A stretch of DNA of 64,000 nt from Dimorphilus gyrociliatus (lineage: Eukaryota; Animalia; Annelida): positions 876,367-940,366 of the forward strand of contig CAJFCJ010000021.1 of the NCBI GenBank assembly GCA_904063045.1. Direction: 5' to 3'. Both the position numbers and the translations under genes were made by a program. Shown piece by piece: positions 14,331 to 27,244 of the stretch. The notes below the pieces were generated by a model. It made no database searches, had not been told where the DNA came from, and saw nothing but the letters and a program-made list of their open reading frames with translations. How positions within the stretch are numbered: the first letter of the stretch is position 1; each line of letters opens with the position of its first letter.

Positions 14331-15234
14331 AGGTAGAAGAAGATTGAAGATTGAAGATTAAGGATCATTGAAAAGAAAACTATATTAAAGTGATAATTAT
14401 AATGATTAAACTTTATTTATTTATCTTCTTCCTCTGTTGAATATATCCCTCTCCCCCTATCATCTGTACTCCTCCCTCCCTCCCTTATTAGTAGATTTCT
14501 AGTCTTTTTTACCTGTAAAAAAAGAAACAAATAAACGAATTGACAAACATACAAACCTGAATAAACAAAGGAAAGATACAAACTGTACTTTCACTTCTGT
14601 ATCAATCATATTCTAGATTAAAAAGATCTAGGCATAGTGTGTGTGTGTGTGTGTATGTATGTGTGCGCTTGTTTGTGTCCAAGTCTCTTTACGTAAGCAT
14701 ATATATATATATATATATATATATCTATTTTCATTATATATGCCACTACAATAATCGTTTATTGGAATGTAGAACAACGCGATAATGCGAATTTGGTTTA
14801 AGAGAACACTCCGTCCCCTTTAGAGCACATCAAAAGAAATAAAAAAAATAGTAATATTACTTTTTCTTGATAAATAACAATTTGTACTAATAAATAACTT
14901 ATTAGGCTTACTACACTCAATTGACGGACCTTCAGGCAATTAGTCAAATTTATTTATATATTTAAATTAATATGCATATTTATGCAATAATTAGGATTGT
15001 AAAATATGCAAATGTGGTTCCTGGTTTTGGATTTTGAACACAATATTATACACTGAAAACGGTTCGTTTGTACCGCGCTACGAATACGATAACTTATCAA
15101 TTTATCTAGGCCGACAATATGGGAATAGATCAATATTTTTTTTATTTACGTTTGATATAAAAACGCGATCTTATTCATTTCATCTTAAAATGTTACCAAG
15201 TATTTATTCTCTATAAAAAAAAGATAAAGAAAAG

Positions 15235-16683
15235 ATGCATATAATTCTAAGATTTATTATTCTGACTATTAAATTCATTGTCGATTGGATTGGAGACTTT
15301 CTTCTTAACTTTGGTGTTGTTTTATGGCCCCTCTCCGAAGATTCTTTAACTTCCGTCATATCTAAGGAAGCGAAAATGGAGTATGAAAGCCACAAATATC
15401 TTAGAGATTCCTTCCAAATGTTTTCTAATAATCTACCACTTAGAACTACTTTTCCCGCTACTGGTAGACTCTTTTCGAGAATATGGATTAAAAGACTTTT
15501 AGAATTGAGAGTCAGAATCAATAGAAGCCTAAAAGAAGATCCCTCAATCTACGACGTTCCACTCCGAAGACCAGTGTTTATAATTACATTAGCTAGAACC
15601 GGTAGTACTTTTATGCACTGTCTTATGGCTCAGGATCATAGATGGAGATGTCCAGAATTATGGGAATTGGAAGATTGCTCACCGCCACCCGGTGAAAAAG
15701 ACGATAAGAAGAGAATTTCTGAAAGTAAATTAAAATGGGGTAAGGATAATTCAAGTTTTCAAGAAATTCATAATGATAATATCCCTCTCTCTCTCTTTCT
15801 TTCTTTCCTTTTCAATAGATCTAACTTCGGTATTCATGGGTTGGAATGACGTGAAGAATACTCATAATTTCAACGTTCGTACTCCCGAAGATTTACTTTT
15901 CCTCTATCATTGCGATTTTCGTTTTGTTCAATCTGCATTGGTGTTCAGTAGTTTGGAAAAAGACTTTACAAATTATATAAGAAATCCAAAATGGAATGAA
16001 CAAGTTGAATTTGACGAAAATTTAAGAACTAGACTAAAAATGATTTGTAAAAATAGCGGTAAGCTTTACTTTCATTCATTCATTCTTCTTTCCCTCCTTC
16101 CTTCCTTTCTCCCTCTTTTCCATTATTAAATTATTAATCATTCTATTGTTCAGATATGGAAAATAGAAGGTTATTAACCATGATCCACGCCAGTTCAGTT
16201 AACGTTCCATCACTTCTAAAGGCTTTTCCCGATGCTCAAATTATAACAATACACAGGGATTCTGTTAGTACAATGAAATCGGCTTGCGCCCTAATTCATT
16301 GTAATATTAAAGCCTGTCATAGAGTATTCGATTCGGATAAGATTGGAGTTGGTAGACGCTTGCTTAATTACATGAAATTAGATACGCAAAAGCTAATTAG
16401 TATGAGAAAAGATGATAATTTAAAAGCAGAAGGATTTCAACGCTTCATCGATGTTCATTTTAAAGATTTGGTTAAAGAACCAATAAAAACAATGGAGAGC
16501 GTCTATAAGCAGTTGGATATAAAATTTGACGAAGATGTTAAAAGGACCATGTCGGCTTATTTGGCGAGACATAGGAATTCAACAGCAAAAGCAAAGTATA
16601 CATTGGAAGAATACGGCCTCAGTGACAATGTTGTAAAGAATGCATTTAATGACTATAATAATTTCTTCAGTGTAAAAGCATAA
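15235..16683 (+). CDS. PAPS-dependent sulfotransferase, Sulfotransfer_3/Stf3-like (paralog 2)
   Basis: Exons 15235-15739, 15819-16058, 16154-16683 with the same intron positions and phases as paralog 1. Motifs RTGSTFMHCLMAQD and FPDAQIITIHRD. Confidence 0.85.
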
Positions 16684-18597
16684 AATGACATTTAAAGTAT
16701 GATAATTTACGAATGATTTAATAATTGTTATATTTAAAATATGAGAAAAACAACTTTCTGCATTCTAAAAGCGAATTCAAGATTCAAGATTATTGAACAT
16801 CATTTTTTTTCCTCATCCACTTCTCATGTCCCTCATTCCCTTTTCGTGTATATTTATGTGTTTGTCATCTTAATCATTGATTAAATGAATGAATAAACTC
16901 ACAAACAAGTGAATAGTCAGTTAAAAACAAACGCTTTGTTTTTATTTTCACTCAAATAGAATGTAACTAGCACAAATATCTTTACAGGTGTTTTACGTTC
17001 GTAGAAAGAGACTTACTGACGATTGAAATAATGTTGAGAATAGTGTTGAAAAAGCAAATAGAAACAATTTACTAATTAATGACATTCTCATTAAAATTAA
17101 CTAAACATGATTGAATTTAATGTAACATTGCAAGTCATCATGGCGAAATATGCACATGTTATATATATATACTGTAATTATATATAGAAAGTATACTAAA
17201 TATAGAAAACACGCCACTCTCGGGCAATACACCTTTGATCGTGGTGAATTTTTCGAATTCACTTTTCTTCAATTTGAATTTATTCATAAAGTATTTAAAT
17301 TATACTTGATTGTAATATTCATTGCGAACAAATTGTATCTTATGTTATATAACAGTAAAGCTTATAGTATAAATTTTAATATAATTAATTATTATTTTGA
17401 ATATTTTAATTGGTTAATTATCACTCTGCTGATAGTTTACTTGTTACCTCTTAAAAGTCTTAGAAGGACTATCTATTCTCATACTCTGTACCTTATCTCG
17501 ACCTATATCAACAAAACAAAAGGCCTGTCTGGGACATTTAGGCTTAAACGGCATACTTTAACTTTTTTTTTCTCTCTAATTTTAGTGAAAAATTTCAATG
17601 TTTTCACGATTGTTAAGTAATTAAACGGATTAAACTATTTTTGAATAACCTTCATTTACCCTTCAGTATCTTATTACAACTTGTATATCTTTACTTTCAC
17701 TTGGAAAGACGTTTAAACTGGAAAATGATCTTTTTCAAATCCGCTTATTTCCCCCAAACTAGTCTGCTGTTGGATTTAATCAAAAAAATGAATAAAAATT
17801 GAATGCAGACTATAGGCCCAATTGCCCCTGTTCAAACGGTAAAGGTTAATGGGAAAAGGTTTTTGGTAAGAAATAGCTGAGCCTTTTAGCACAGATTTTT
17901 CACTCAATACATTCTTCTGCCTTTGAATTTTTGCAGTTAAAGAAGCAAATAAGAAACGACAAAATAAATTGAAAAATTTACAAAATAGCTTTTTGTCTCC
18001 GCCCCTCTCTTCTTTTCTGAATATTCATTTCGTCGCTTTTGTTATGAACTTTTCGCTTTTGGAATTTGAAGGAGTCGCGTGTCTGAAAATAACTCTCCTC
18101 AATAATTCAGATACTGATAAGATGTAAATGAATGATAAGAAAGCTTCTGTTCAATATAAAGACAAGTGTATGCTTGCTTTTCAGAAATTCATTCCCTTTT
18201 AGCTCAAATCTCCAGTTTTATAATTCAATACATTTTCGTATATTTATTGAACAGAGTAACGTTAAATTATTCTTGTTAGACGCTTTAAAACAGTTTCTTT
18301 CAATATTCTTAAGGCTTTCCTTCTCTATCCTTGTGTAATTTTTCATTAGTAGAACATTCGATAATTCAACAATGAAATCCGCTTGTTCAATAATTCATTC
18401 ATGAAAAATTGAATTGGACGACGATTATTGAACACTTGGAAATTGGAAAATTTCTCTATTTAAATGATAGGATATTCTAATTTGTAATTTTAATATTTAA
18501 ATTATGTAGCTATTACATGAATAAATTACCATTAATTAATTAGGTAATATTATTTGTGAAAAATAATCCAGTAAATCAATTAAATAGATATTTTTCA

Positions 18598-19003
18598 ATT
18601 TTTTCTTTGTCATCCTGTCCACCTGGCGGCGGTGCGCATTCTTTCAATTCTCATAATTTCGGATCCATTTTCATTTATGATTCAGTAAAAATGTACAACC
18701 AGTCGTTTTCATTAATGAGGTTAAGCGTCTGATTTAGCTTGTCGCGAATCATGACATTAAAAACCATTCTCGTAGTAGCCGAAGAGTGGCCATTGTTTAA
18801 AAAACACTTAACCCATTCAATAAAATTTCACCTAACGCCAGGCTTATTCTACAAGTCTTGTTGAGCATCTTCCGTTTGCGGATTTATTAATTCTTCAGCG
18901 TTTAAAGGCCATAAAACTATTATTAAACCTGGTTCAATAAATCACCCAATAAGGTTAAAGATAATCTTTATAGATACAAGTAAAATCTCATTATTATATT
19001 CAC
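18598..19003 (-). pseudogene. Inverted, degraded exon-1 copy of the sulfotransferase
   Basis: Minus strand reads (GTG)NIIMRF..GDLLN..VLWPLNAEEL.., then SLMKTTGCTFL, then L*ELKECAPPPGGQDD, with stops, frameshifts and an internal deletion relative to the two intact paralogs. Confidence 0.85.
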
Positions 19004-20507
19004 ACTCTTTCTCTCTTCCCACTCGAAGGTGTTGAGTGTTGAATCGAAGTCTCTACATTCAATCAAGATCAAGGACTATATAATAATAATATTCAACTAT
19101 AGAATGGCTGTTGTAGACAGTTTCATAAGAGGAAAGTAAAATCTTTGGAGGTTTGAATATTTTTCACTTTCATTTGTTGTTATAAAACGATTGAACAAAA
19201 TTTTTTTGTTCGCATGAATAGACAGTCAACAGATGTTTGAAATAAACATAAACATTCATAATTAAATCTACTACTCCCATTTTAGTTGTCTCTCTTTTTC
19301 ATACAGAATACAAACATGTGTCACTTGAATATTTTTATTATTATGCACTCTGAACGATAGAATCAAAATTGTACAGTCAAATGTTTCATTGAAGAGGAAG
19401 AGAGAGAGAAAAAAAAGAGAGAGTTTGCGTGTATGTGTGTGAATGCCAGAAAACTAAAATGCTCACTATCAAGAGTAGATTCTATTTGGATTTTCAGATT
19501 TATAGAAAAACAATTCTCATACAAAGATGTCTATTCTCCGAATTTGAAGAGTTAACTTTGCAAATTATCTAGAGTAATGAAATGAATTAATCAGACGAAA
19601 CGGATTTAGAAAAATGGCTAAAGGAAACAAAATATTTATGAAAATAAAAAAAACAAGATGGCTGAAGGGGAAAAGGATGCATAAACTGTAATACATTGTA
19701 TTTTGACTATATGAAGAAGGTGGTATTTTATTCGATGGTTTACGATATATATTGATATATTTATGGGACTTTTTGGTGATATGACAACAAAAGCAATTAA
19801 TAAACTAAATTTGTAGAGGATATTTATAACTGAATAGAATAATTTATATGGAATATAAAAGTTTTAATAGTCGGTGTAAGGTTTAAACGTGTTTTTGCTT
19901 TTCTGAACTAAATGATAAGATTTCTCTGAATAATCTATGTTGAGAGGCTTATCTGGTAAATCTATTGAAAATAATCTTTAATTACTTCAAATGAAAACAA
20001 ATACGTGTACTTTCTAATATATTCGATTAGAGGAAAAAAGAGAAGAGACACCAACAAACAACAGCTTTTATTATTCCATTTAAATAATATGTGATGAAGA
20101 AGAAATGATGAATAGATAGAATAATTTCACTTAATTTATTTATTGTCCTTTTTCTTTGTTATTCATGTTTTTACTTTTGAATTATAACAAACTTTTTCAT
20201 TTTGTAATTAACGATAGTTGCTTATCGAATAAATTACTTTTTTCCCCTCGTTCTTCTTCTTCTTCTTCTTCTTTTTCTTCTTCTTAAACAACAAGAACAA
20301 CAACAACAGTTCCCTCTCTAAAATCTCCATTTAGTCTACTATTTTCAAATTTTTCTACATTTCTACTATATCTCCCTACTTCTCCTATCTAATTATCCTA
20401 AACACTATATACTTGTTACACTTACCATCGTTAGAAAATAGAAAAAAAGAGCCGCTATTCAAGAAGCAGGTAACGTAACAAAAAGATTATTAAACGACAA
20501 ATAGTCT

Positions 20508-21123
20508 TCATCTTCTTGAACAAGAGCATGACGTACATGTTGAACAGTCGTCGTCCTGCTTTCGTGGAGGACTAGCTATGACTAAGACTTGAGATACTTT
20601 AGGTCCGTGATTATTGTGATTTTGAGGAGGTAGGTAAATCATTGGCGCGGATGGAGCCGTTATTTGACTTGGCGGTCTAAAAGCCCTCGGTCCATAGTCA
20701 TTGTAATTAATAATGGGTTGATTAGGGCGGGGGAAAGGAGGTCTAAATGGAGTACAGAAAATTGATCCAGATTTATCGTAACCGCCTGGATTATGATAAA
20801 GAGGAGTTTTGTTCATAAGATCTAATCTTCTTCTACTGTAGATTTCTTGGTTTTCTTCTAAATCCTTTAAAGGTTTAGTTAATTTCTTCTCCCTTTTCTT
20901 TTTAAGTTCTCTAATAGCTTCAGGATCCATTTCGTTCATTTGAGATTTCAAATCTCTTATCTGATTGAGCATGACTTTCATTAAATTCTTTTTAGTCGAG
21001 TCCTTAGAAGGAGCAGGAATACGAGTTTTCGTCTTTTCTTCCTCTTGAAGACCATTTTTCCTTGGCTTGTACTCCTAAATGAGAACACAAAAAAGCGAAG
21101 ATGATAGAGAAACAGAGATAGAC

Positions 21124-21176
<53 letters not shown>

Positions 21177-21922
21177 AATAAAGAAAGATAATTAGTATTA
21201 GGAATGTATATACTGTATAGTTGTATAATTTGAAGGGAGAATGGAACTTTAAAATTGTACTCAATATAAATGAACTAAAGCTTTTGAATAAGGGTAACAG
21301 CTAGAGAAAACAACAAGAAAATACAAACCTTAACTAGGGCGAATTCGGCCGTTTGCGTTTGAACATTAGAATGATTGACTGTTTGCAACTGGCCAAATGT
21401 TTGAGTGGAAAAATCTCTATGTTTTAAAACATCGATTCCATCTTCGAAAACGACACTCGAATCAACTTTGACCCTAAGTGGAGTTTGAGTAGAGTGATTT
21501 TCATATCGTCTAGGAATATCATCGAGATCTATATCCTTCCATTTCGGTTTTGAATGCTTAATACTTTCGTACGTTGCGTTTAGAGGCGATTCCGGATATT
21601 TTAGACTACTTCGCCATGGAACTTCGTGATCGAACAGAGGCGAATTGGGTGTAGACTTTCTATGATTGAAATCTATAGGAGAAATTGACACAGATACGGG
21701 AGATACAGATTTTCTTCGTATATGTATCTGTTTAGTGGTAGTAACATCCTTTTTGACTAGTTCTACTCTTTGATGTTTAGAAGGGTCAAAAGACTCGTCA
21801 AGATTAATTAAAGGCACTTCTTCAGGCTCAATCTGTACTGGTATGCTTTCCGGTGCCTTATTGAGCCAGGATTCTAAATTGTTGTCGCCTCCTTCCAAAT
21901 CGCAATCAATTAATGTCGACAT
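20508..21922 (-). CDS. Uncharacterised low-complexity protein (2 coding exons)
   Basis: Exon 21922-21329 (donor aag|gtttgt) joins in phase 0 to exon 21074-20508. Ser/Pro-rich with a short coiled coil and a Cys-rich tail CSTCTSCSC; no family recognised. Confidence 0.65.
21126..21168. repeat. (GA)n microsatellite in intron
   Basis: Read directly. Confidence 0.9.
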
Positions 21923-24900
21923 AAATACCAGTTGACAGTCTGTAAGGAGAAGAGCATTAGATAATTTAAACAATCTTTTTGCCAGAAGGACGGAGAGAAA
22001 GCGAAAGAGAGGTATGGAGGAAGAGGGAAAGACTAAGCGAGAAAGTTGACTGACTGACTGACTTAGTGAGTGGGAGGGAAGAAAGATAGGAAGGAAGGAA
22101 GGAAGGAAGGAAAGAAAGGAAAAAAGATATCGAACAAGTTGTATACAGTATATAGAGCATTGTCTGAAAAAAAAGAGTAACTAATTAAAGAGATCAATTG
22201 TTCAATATTTTTTATGTTATAGCGTATAAAAGTTGTTTATATTACGTCACAAAAGATGGAAATACATAAAGATGTATTACTACAGCAAAACAACTAAAAA
22301 GGTCTATTATAATGCTATAATTATGTTTAAGGCAAATACAACACAACGTATATTTTATATAGTAATTTATTTATACCATTTTTTAAGACTTGAACAAAAT
22401 GTCCATACAATTCAAAGACATATATCTTTTCTTTTCTCTTCTAAGAGAATATAGGCTATAATAAACTATTTCCTGGATTAACGGTCCCTTTTTATTAGTC
22501 TATTCAAATTTTTTCTTTTTTCTCGCTTATTGTCTTATTTTGACATGAAATACCATTCAGATATTTTTAATAAATATCCAGAGGGAGCAGCTATAGAGGA
22601 TAAGCGTTAAGCTTATACTTGTATATATATTTATATATATATTAGTGTATATAAAACATACAAAATTCAACACCAAATACCAAAAGAGCTCAAATATTAT
22701 TAACTTTGAGAGAAGGCTAAGATTTTAAATAAATAAAGATTTGTTCAATTTCTAAGCCTATTTTATTTAAATTGACTACGATCTCTGTTCAATAATTCGG
22801 ATTTGGAGGAGTAGAATAGAAGAAAAACTAAATAAAAAATTAGGATATTAATCCTCTGTGATAAGAGTAGTAGGCTGCCTGACAAGAGAAAGAGAGAGAG
22901 ACAGAAGTAACGGAAAGCTATAGAAATTTCTAAAACTATAAATATATAGATTCTATTACTCTCCTTTTGAACGTTTAGATAAAGCCAAGTAAAATATCTA
23001 TTTATCAAGTATGGCGAAAAAAAATGACAATTCCACGCAAAGTTAATCAAACAAGTGAGAAAAAGGTATATACAAACAGAATAAGACCCTATAACAACTG
23101 AATATACGCTTTAACTAATCCAATTCAATTATTTATTAAGTCTCATTTTGGACCAACAATAAAAAAACGTTTTGTGTCAAGATAAAAGGTGCGAAGAGAG
23201 AGAGAGAGAGAGTCATTGCTTTCTTCTTATTCGAAAATAAATATGCTATGTATATAAACATAACAGTTCATTGCAAAATACGGTATAAATCTACTAAGCT
23301 AGAAGAAGTATTTGTCTCCTACTTGATCATCCTAACATAAATTCTTTCTCTCTCTCTCTCTCTCTCTCTCCCTCTCATAAAAGAAAATGAACCGTCAATG
23401 CATTCTAGGAAACTAAAATCAGTGAAATCTATTGCTTATCAACAATCTATTCTATTGCTCAATTGGTAAAAATTGAAAGAAATGTAATAACTTACTTTAT
23501 GGTGTGTATGAATATACCGGTACGTAGGCAATGTGTATAATCAATGCAGCGCAAATGAACGTGCTGCCTATTGATTGGAACTAACAGAGCAGCAAACTTG
23601 TTTGAGCAAGCATTTCTGCCAATATTCATAATTCTCCTAGGCCCAACAATTCATATATCTTTCCTTAGATATAAAATACAAATACAACAAATAATAATTA
23701 AATTTTTTATTGCCTTATTTTAGTTTCTTTCAACTTTTTCTTTCCGTTTTCAAGTAAAGAAAAGAGAAAGGAACGAGATAAGAAGTTGTTGAATAAATAG
23801 AAGAAACTCTCTCTCTCTCTCTCTTGCTTGAATAAAGATAAATTCTCTCTCTTTTAGCTTTTTGTTATATTTATTTGATATCTATTATAATATTTATAAT
23901 AACCCCGACAAATTGTTGTTTTCTCTATCAATAAAAAATGGGAAAAATTTGAACATTTCTTCATTAAATCTCTTTATTTAGACCCTGTTCTTTTCTCTCA
24001 TTCAAAAAATATTAATTAATATTTATTCTCCTTCACAAAGCAGTCTACTAAACTTTAATTCGATCAACTTACCATTACTATTGCCTATACATTTATAGAA
24101 TGCAGAGGGCGTCACCCTACATCTATTCGTAGTATTCTGAAGGATCATATTATAATAAGATTGATAAGAATGCACGAATGATAACAGCTATCTGCAATAG
24201 TAATTGATTTTTTGTTTATGGATAAAAGGCAAAATTGGAAATTACCAATTGGTTTCAGCAAGAGACAAGACGTAAATCGTATGAAACTTTCACTAATCAG
24301 ATTAGGGCCTATACAGTTAACTAATAATTCCTTCACATTGATAAATAACAATCTTTCGATTGGCGAGATGAAAGTTATAAATAAGTGCATTGTAAGTTTA
24401 AAATTGTTTTTACTCTACAAGTAAATCAATAGAAGAAGATGATAAGAAGATCATGCCTATTCGTCTATTTATACATATATATTAGTATATATTCTTTGTA
24501 CTTGTCGTCGTCGACAAATAGTTGACATTTTATTTCGTTTTTGTTGTTTTATTGTGGTCTTTTTTCTTATAGGCCTATAATGATTCATAGAGAAAGGTAC
24601 TTTTCATCTTGTCGTTGTCTTGTTCAAGTAGACTTTTATTGAAAATAGACAGGTGCAGTAGAAAAGTGTGTCTTGTTTATTATACATTATATATACTTTT
24701 GAATACAAAAGAAGGAGGATGTTTGTTTGATGCGCACAGACGATATAAAAATATTGAGACAGAAAGGAAAAAAGACGCAGATTTATACAACCATCGAATT
24801 AGACGCTTCTTCTCTTTCTTCCAGCTATTCGTTTGCTTATTATTTATTTCTTCTTCCCTTCTTTCTTTCCTTTTTTTTAGAGATAGTATAAAATAATATC

Positions 24901-24940
24901 ATGCTGTCTTTTAATCGCGGTAGTGTTTTAGTCATTTTAA

Positions 24941-26190
24941 CTAGGCCTCCGTTGATGCTTGCGTATTAATAACATTCTTAGGTTGTCTAGTTCTTTGTTG
25001 ATTAGAACGAAACGAGGCGTAAGCGGGTGGAGCAGTACCCGGTAGAGGTTTTTCTTCGGGCATATAATCAAGAAAAGTAGGTGGTTGGTCGCAGATCGTG
25101 TCGTACGAAGGCGGACTAATAACTGATATAGATGGACCTGGATTTTGGATTAAATATAATAAATAATTGACTTAAATAGCAATAACCCATAAAAAAATAA
25201 AGAAAGGGAGAAAGAGAGAAAGAATGAAAGAATGACAGGTTGATAGATACATAGATAGATAGATAGATAGATGGATAGAAAGAAGGAATAGGAACAAATA
25301 AAAAATTATCTAGATTAAGAATCATTGTCCTTGATTTTAAAGAGTGAAAATAATCAATAAACGATTTACATTTATTATTTAAAACTACTCGAAAAATAGG
25401 TAAAAATAAAGACCTAATAAACTTTGATAGTCCTATTACTCTCAATCTTAATACTTGTCTTTTAATTTTATTTATTAATAACTTACCGTTTGACTGCTCG
25501 GCTGAATTTCTATTCGTTGTAGAATTATTAGCCCTTTGCTGCCTTTGCCTAGCCAATCTCTATTCATTTCAGTTTTCAAACAAAAATAAATAAACAAACA
25601 TTATTTCGATTGTGGAAGATAATATAGGATAATGTAGGCTTACTTACATTTTGTCTAAATTTAATTATAACCAGTATGGCGACAGTTAGAAAGACAATAA
25701 ATAGGAATATACAAACGCACGCCATAACGATTAATAGTTTATCAACAGTTTTCAAGTTCTTACTCGAGTTGGCTGAAAGAAGGTAACGTTTATTTACTTG
25801 AGCATTTTTCAACTGCAAATACTCAACTAGTCATTCCTATAAATTTTATACTAAGTGTCGTATCCTTATTGTAATTTCCACTTTGACAATTTAGCGAAAC
25901 TTGAATGGAGGAACCGTACAACTTTTTGGAATTTGTTATATTCCATGGACAAAAACGAAACTCTTGCCCGAAGTGTACATCGTAGATTTCAATCAAATCT
26001 TTTGGGCAATTCTTTATTGGACCAGAGCCAGTAATGTTCATTAGAATAGATAATTTACTCTCATTGGATGACGTCTCAACCCTCCACGACGATACGGGAT
26101 TCTTAAGGGGATTATACGAAATAATTTCCTCCTCACCAGGTTGTAATAATAATTTTTCTAAATGAAAGAATGAAAGAATGAATGAATGAA

Positions 26191-26221
<31 letters not shown>

Positions 26222-26491
26222 GTCTAGTGAAAAAGCCAATGTCAACTATTTACCTGTGGGTACGGCTTTAGGAGTTTCCGTCGTACGGTATGGTGTACCA
26301 AACTCGTTATGCTTGTCTGAAAGATCAGTCTCTCCTATTTCACAATTACGGCAAGCATGCGTACCATTTTTATATCTGACACATTCGCAATATACACTAC
26401 AGTGTAAAGGACACTGGTTATCGTTTGATGAATTTAACTGGAAAATCGTTGTTAGTATGAAAATCACTTGGTATTTTAAACAAAAACGCAT
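24941..26491 (-). CDS. Single-pass membrane protein: signal peptide, Cys-rich module, CUB-like domain, TM, PPxY tail
   Basis: About 5 exons. Signal MRFCLKYQVIFILTTIF; CPLHCSVYCEC..CRNC; CUB-like W-x-VET..C..D.IEIYD...RFC; TM LLIVMACVCIFLFIVFLTVAILVII. The last exon (acceptor tccag|GTCC near 25138) encodes PPSY and PPAY. The CUB-to-TM splice junction is uncertain. Confidence 0.65.
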
Positions 26492-27244
26492 TTTCTCCTT
26501 CTACTTTTACGGCCAACTTATAAAACCAACCGACGTGAGCATTTACTTTATTCCAAACAATCTGCTAATATGATAAGATAAGGCACAAAATCATAAAAAA
26601 AAGTAAAAAAAGAGACCTTTCACTCTATATATCAGATAGGTGGCGTTCGTTTTTATCTGAATTATTCATAAGTCAACACGTAGTTTAAACACAGTTTTAT
26701 ATACAGTATTTATTTAATTGTTGATAATACTTTATAAAAAGCTGATTCTCTTTTATTTCACTTGGAAATTTAGTTAATTAATGAATAATTTACTTATTTA
26801 CTTCTTTTTAACGGCAAATCAATCAATTGTATTTTTTTTTCAAAATTCTTTCAAAACAATACCAAATGTTTGATTAAGGCTAGAAAAAGTTGCATAATCA
26901 TAGAGAAGAGAAGAGAGGAGAAGAGAAGAGAGGCCAGCGATGTAAACAAAACAGTCCGTCATAATTAATAAACGATGAATAGATAAACAATGCGACACAG
27001 TTAAGATTATGTAATCTATAAACAAAACAACAGATACAGTACACTGTTTACAGTATATACCAATTATAGTGTAAATATATTTTTTTAAAATATACTTCCG
27101 GTATTTTTCGTTGTTTATCTTTCGCATCTCTGCCGAGATATTCAAACACTCCTTTAATAGTTATTAGTAATATCGCATAATTAAAATATATTTAGCCAAT
27201 TATACTGATACAACAGCATAATGAAGGTTTTACGATATAGACCG

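Noticed and set aside
23480-24430. Exon-like stretches with gtaagt donors (minus about 23490-23630; plus about 24190-24390)
   Set aside because: No partner exons or recognisable domains
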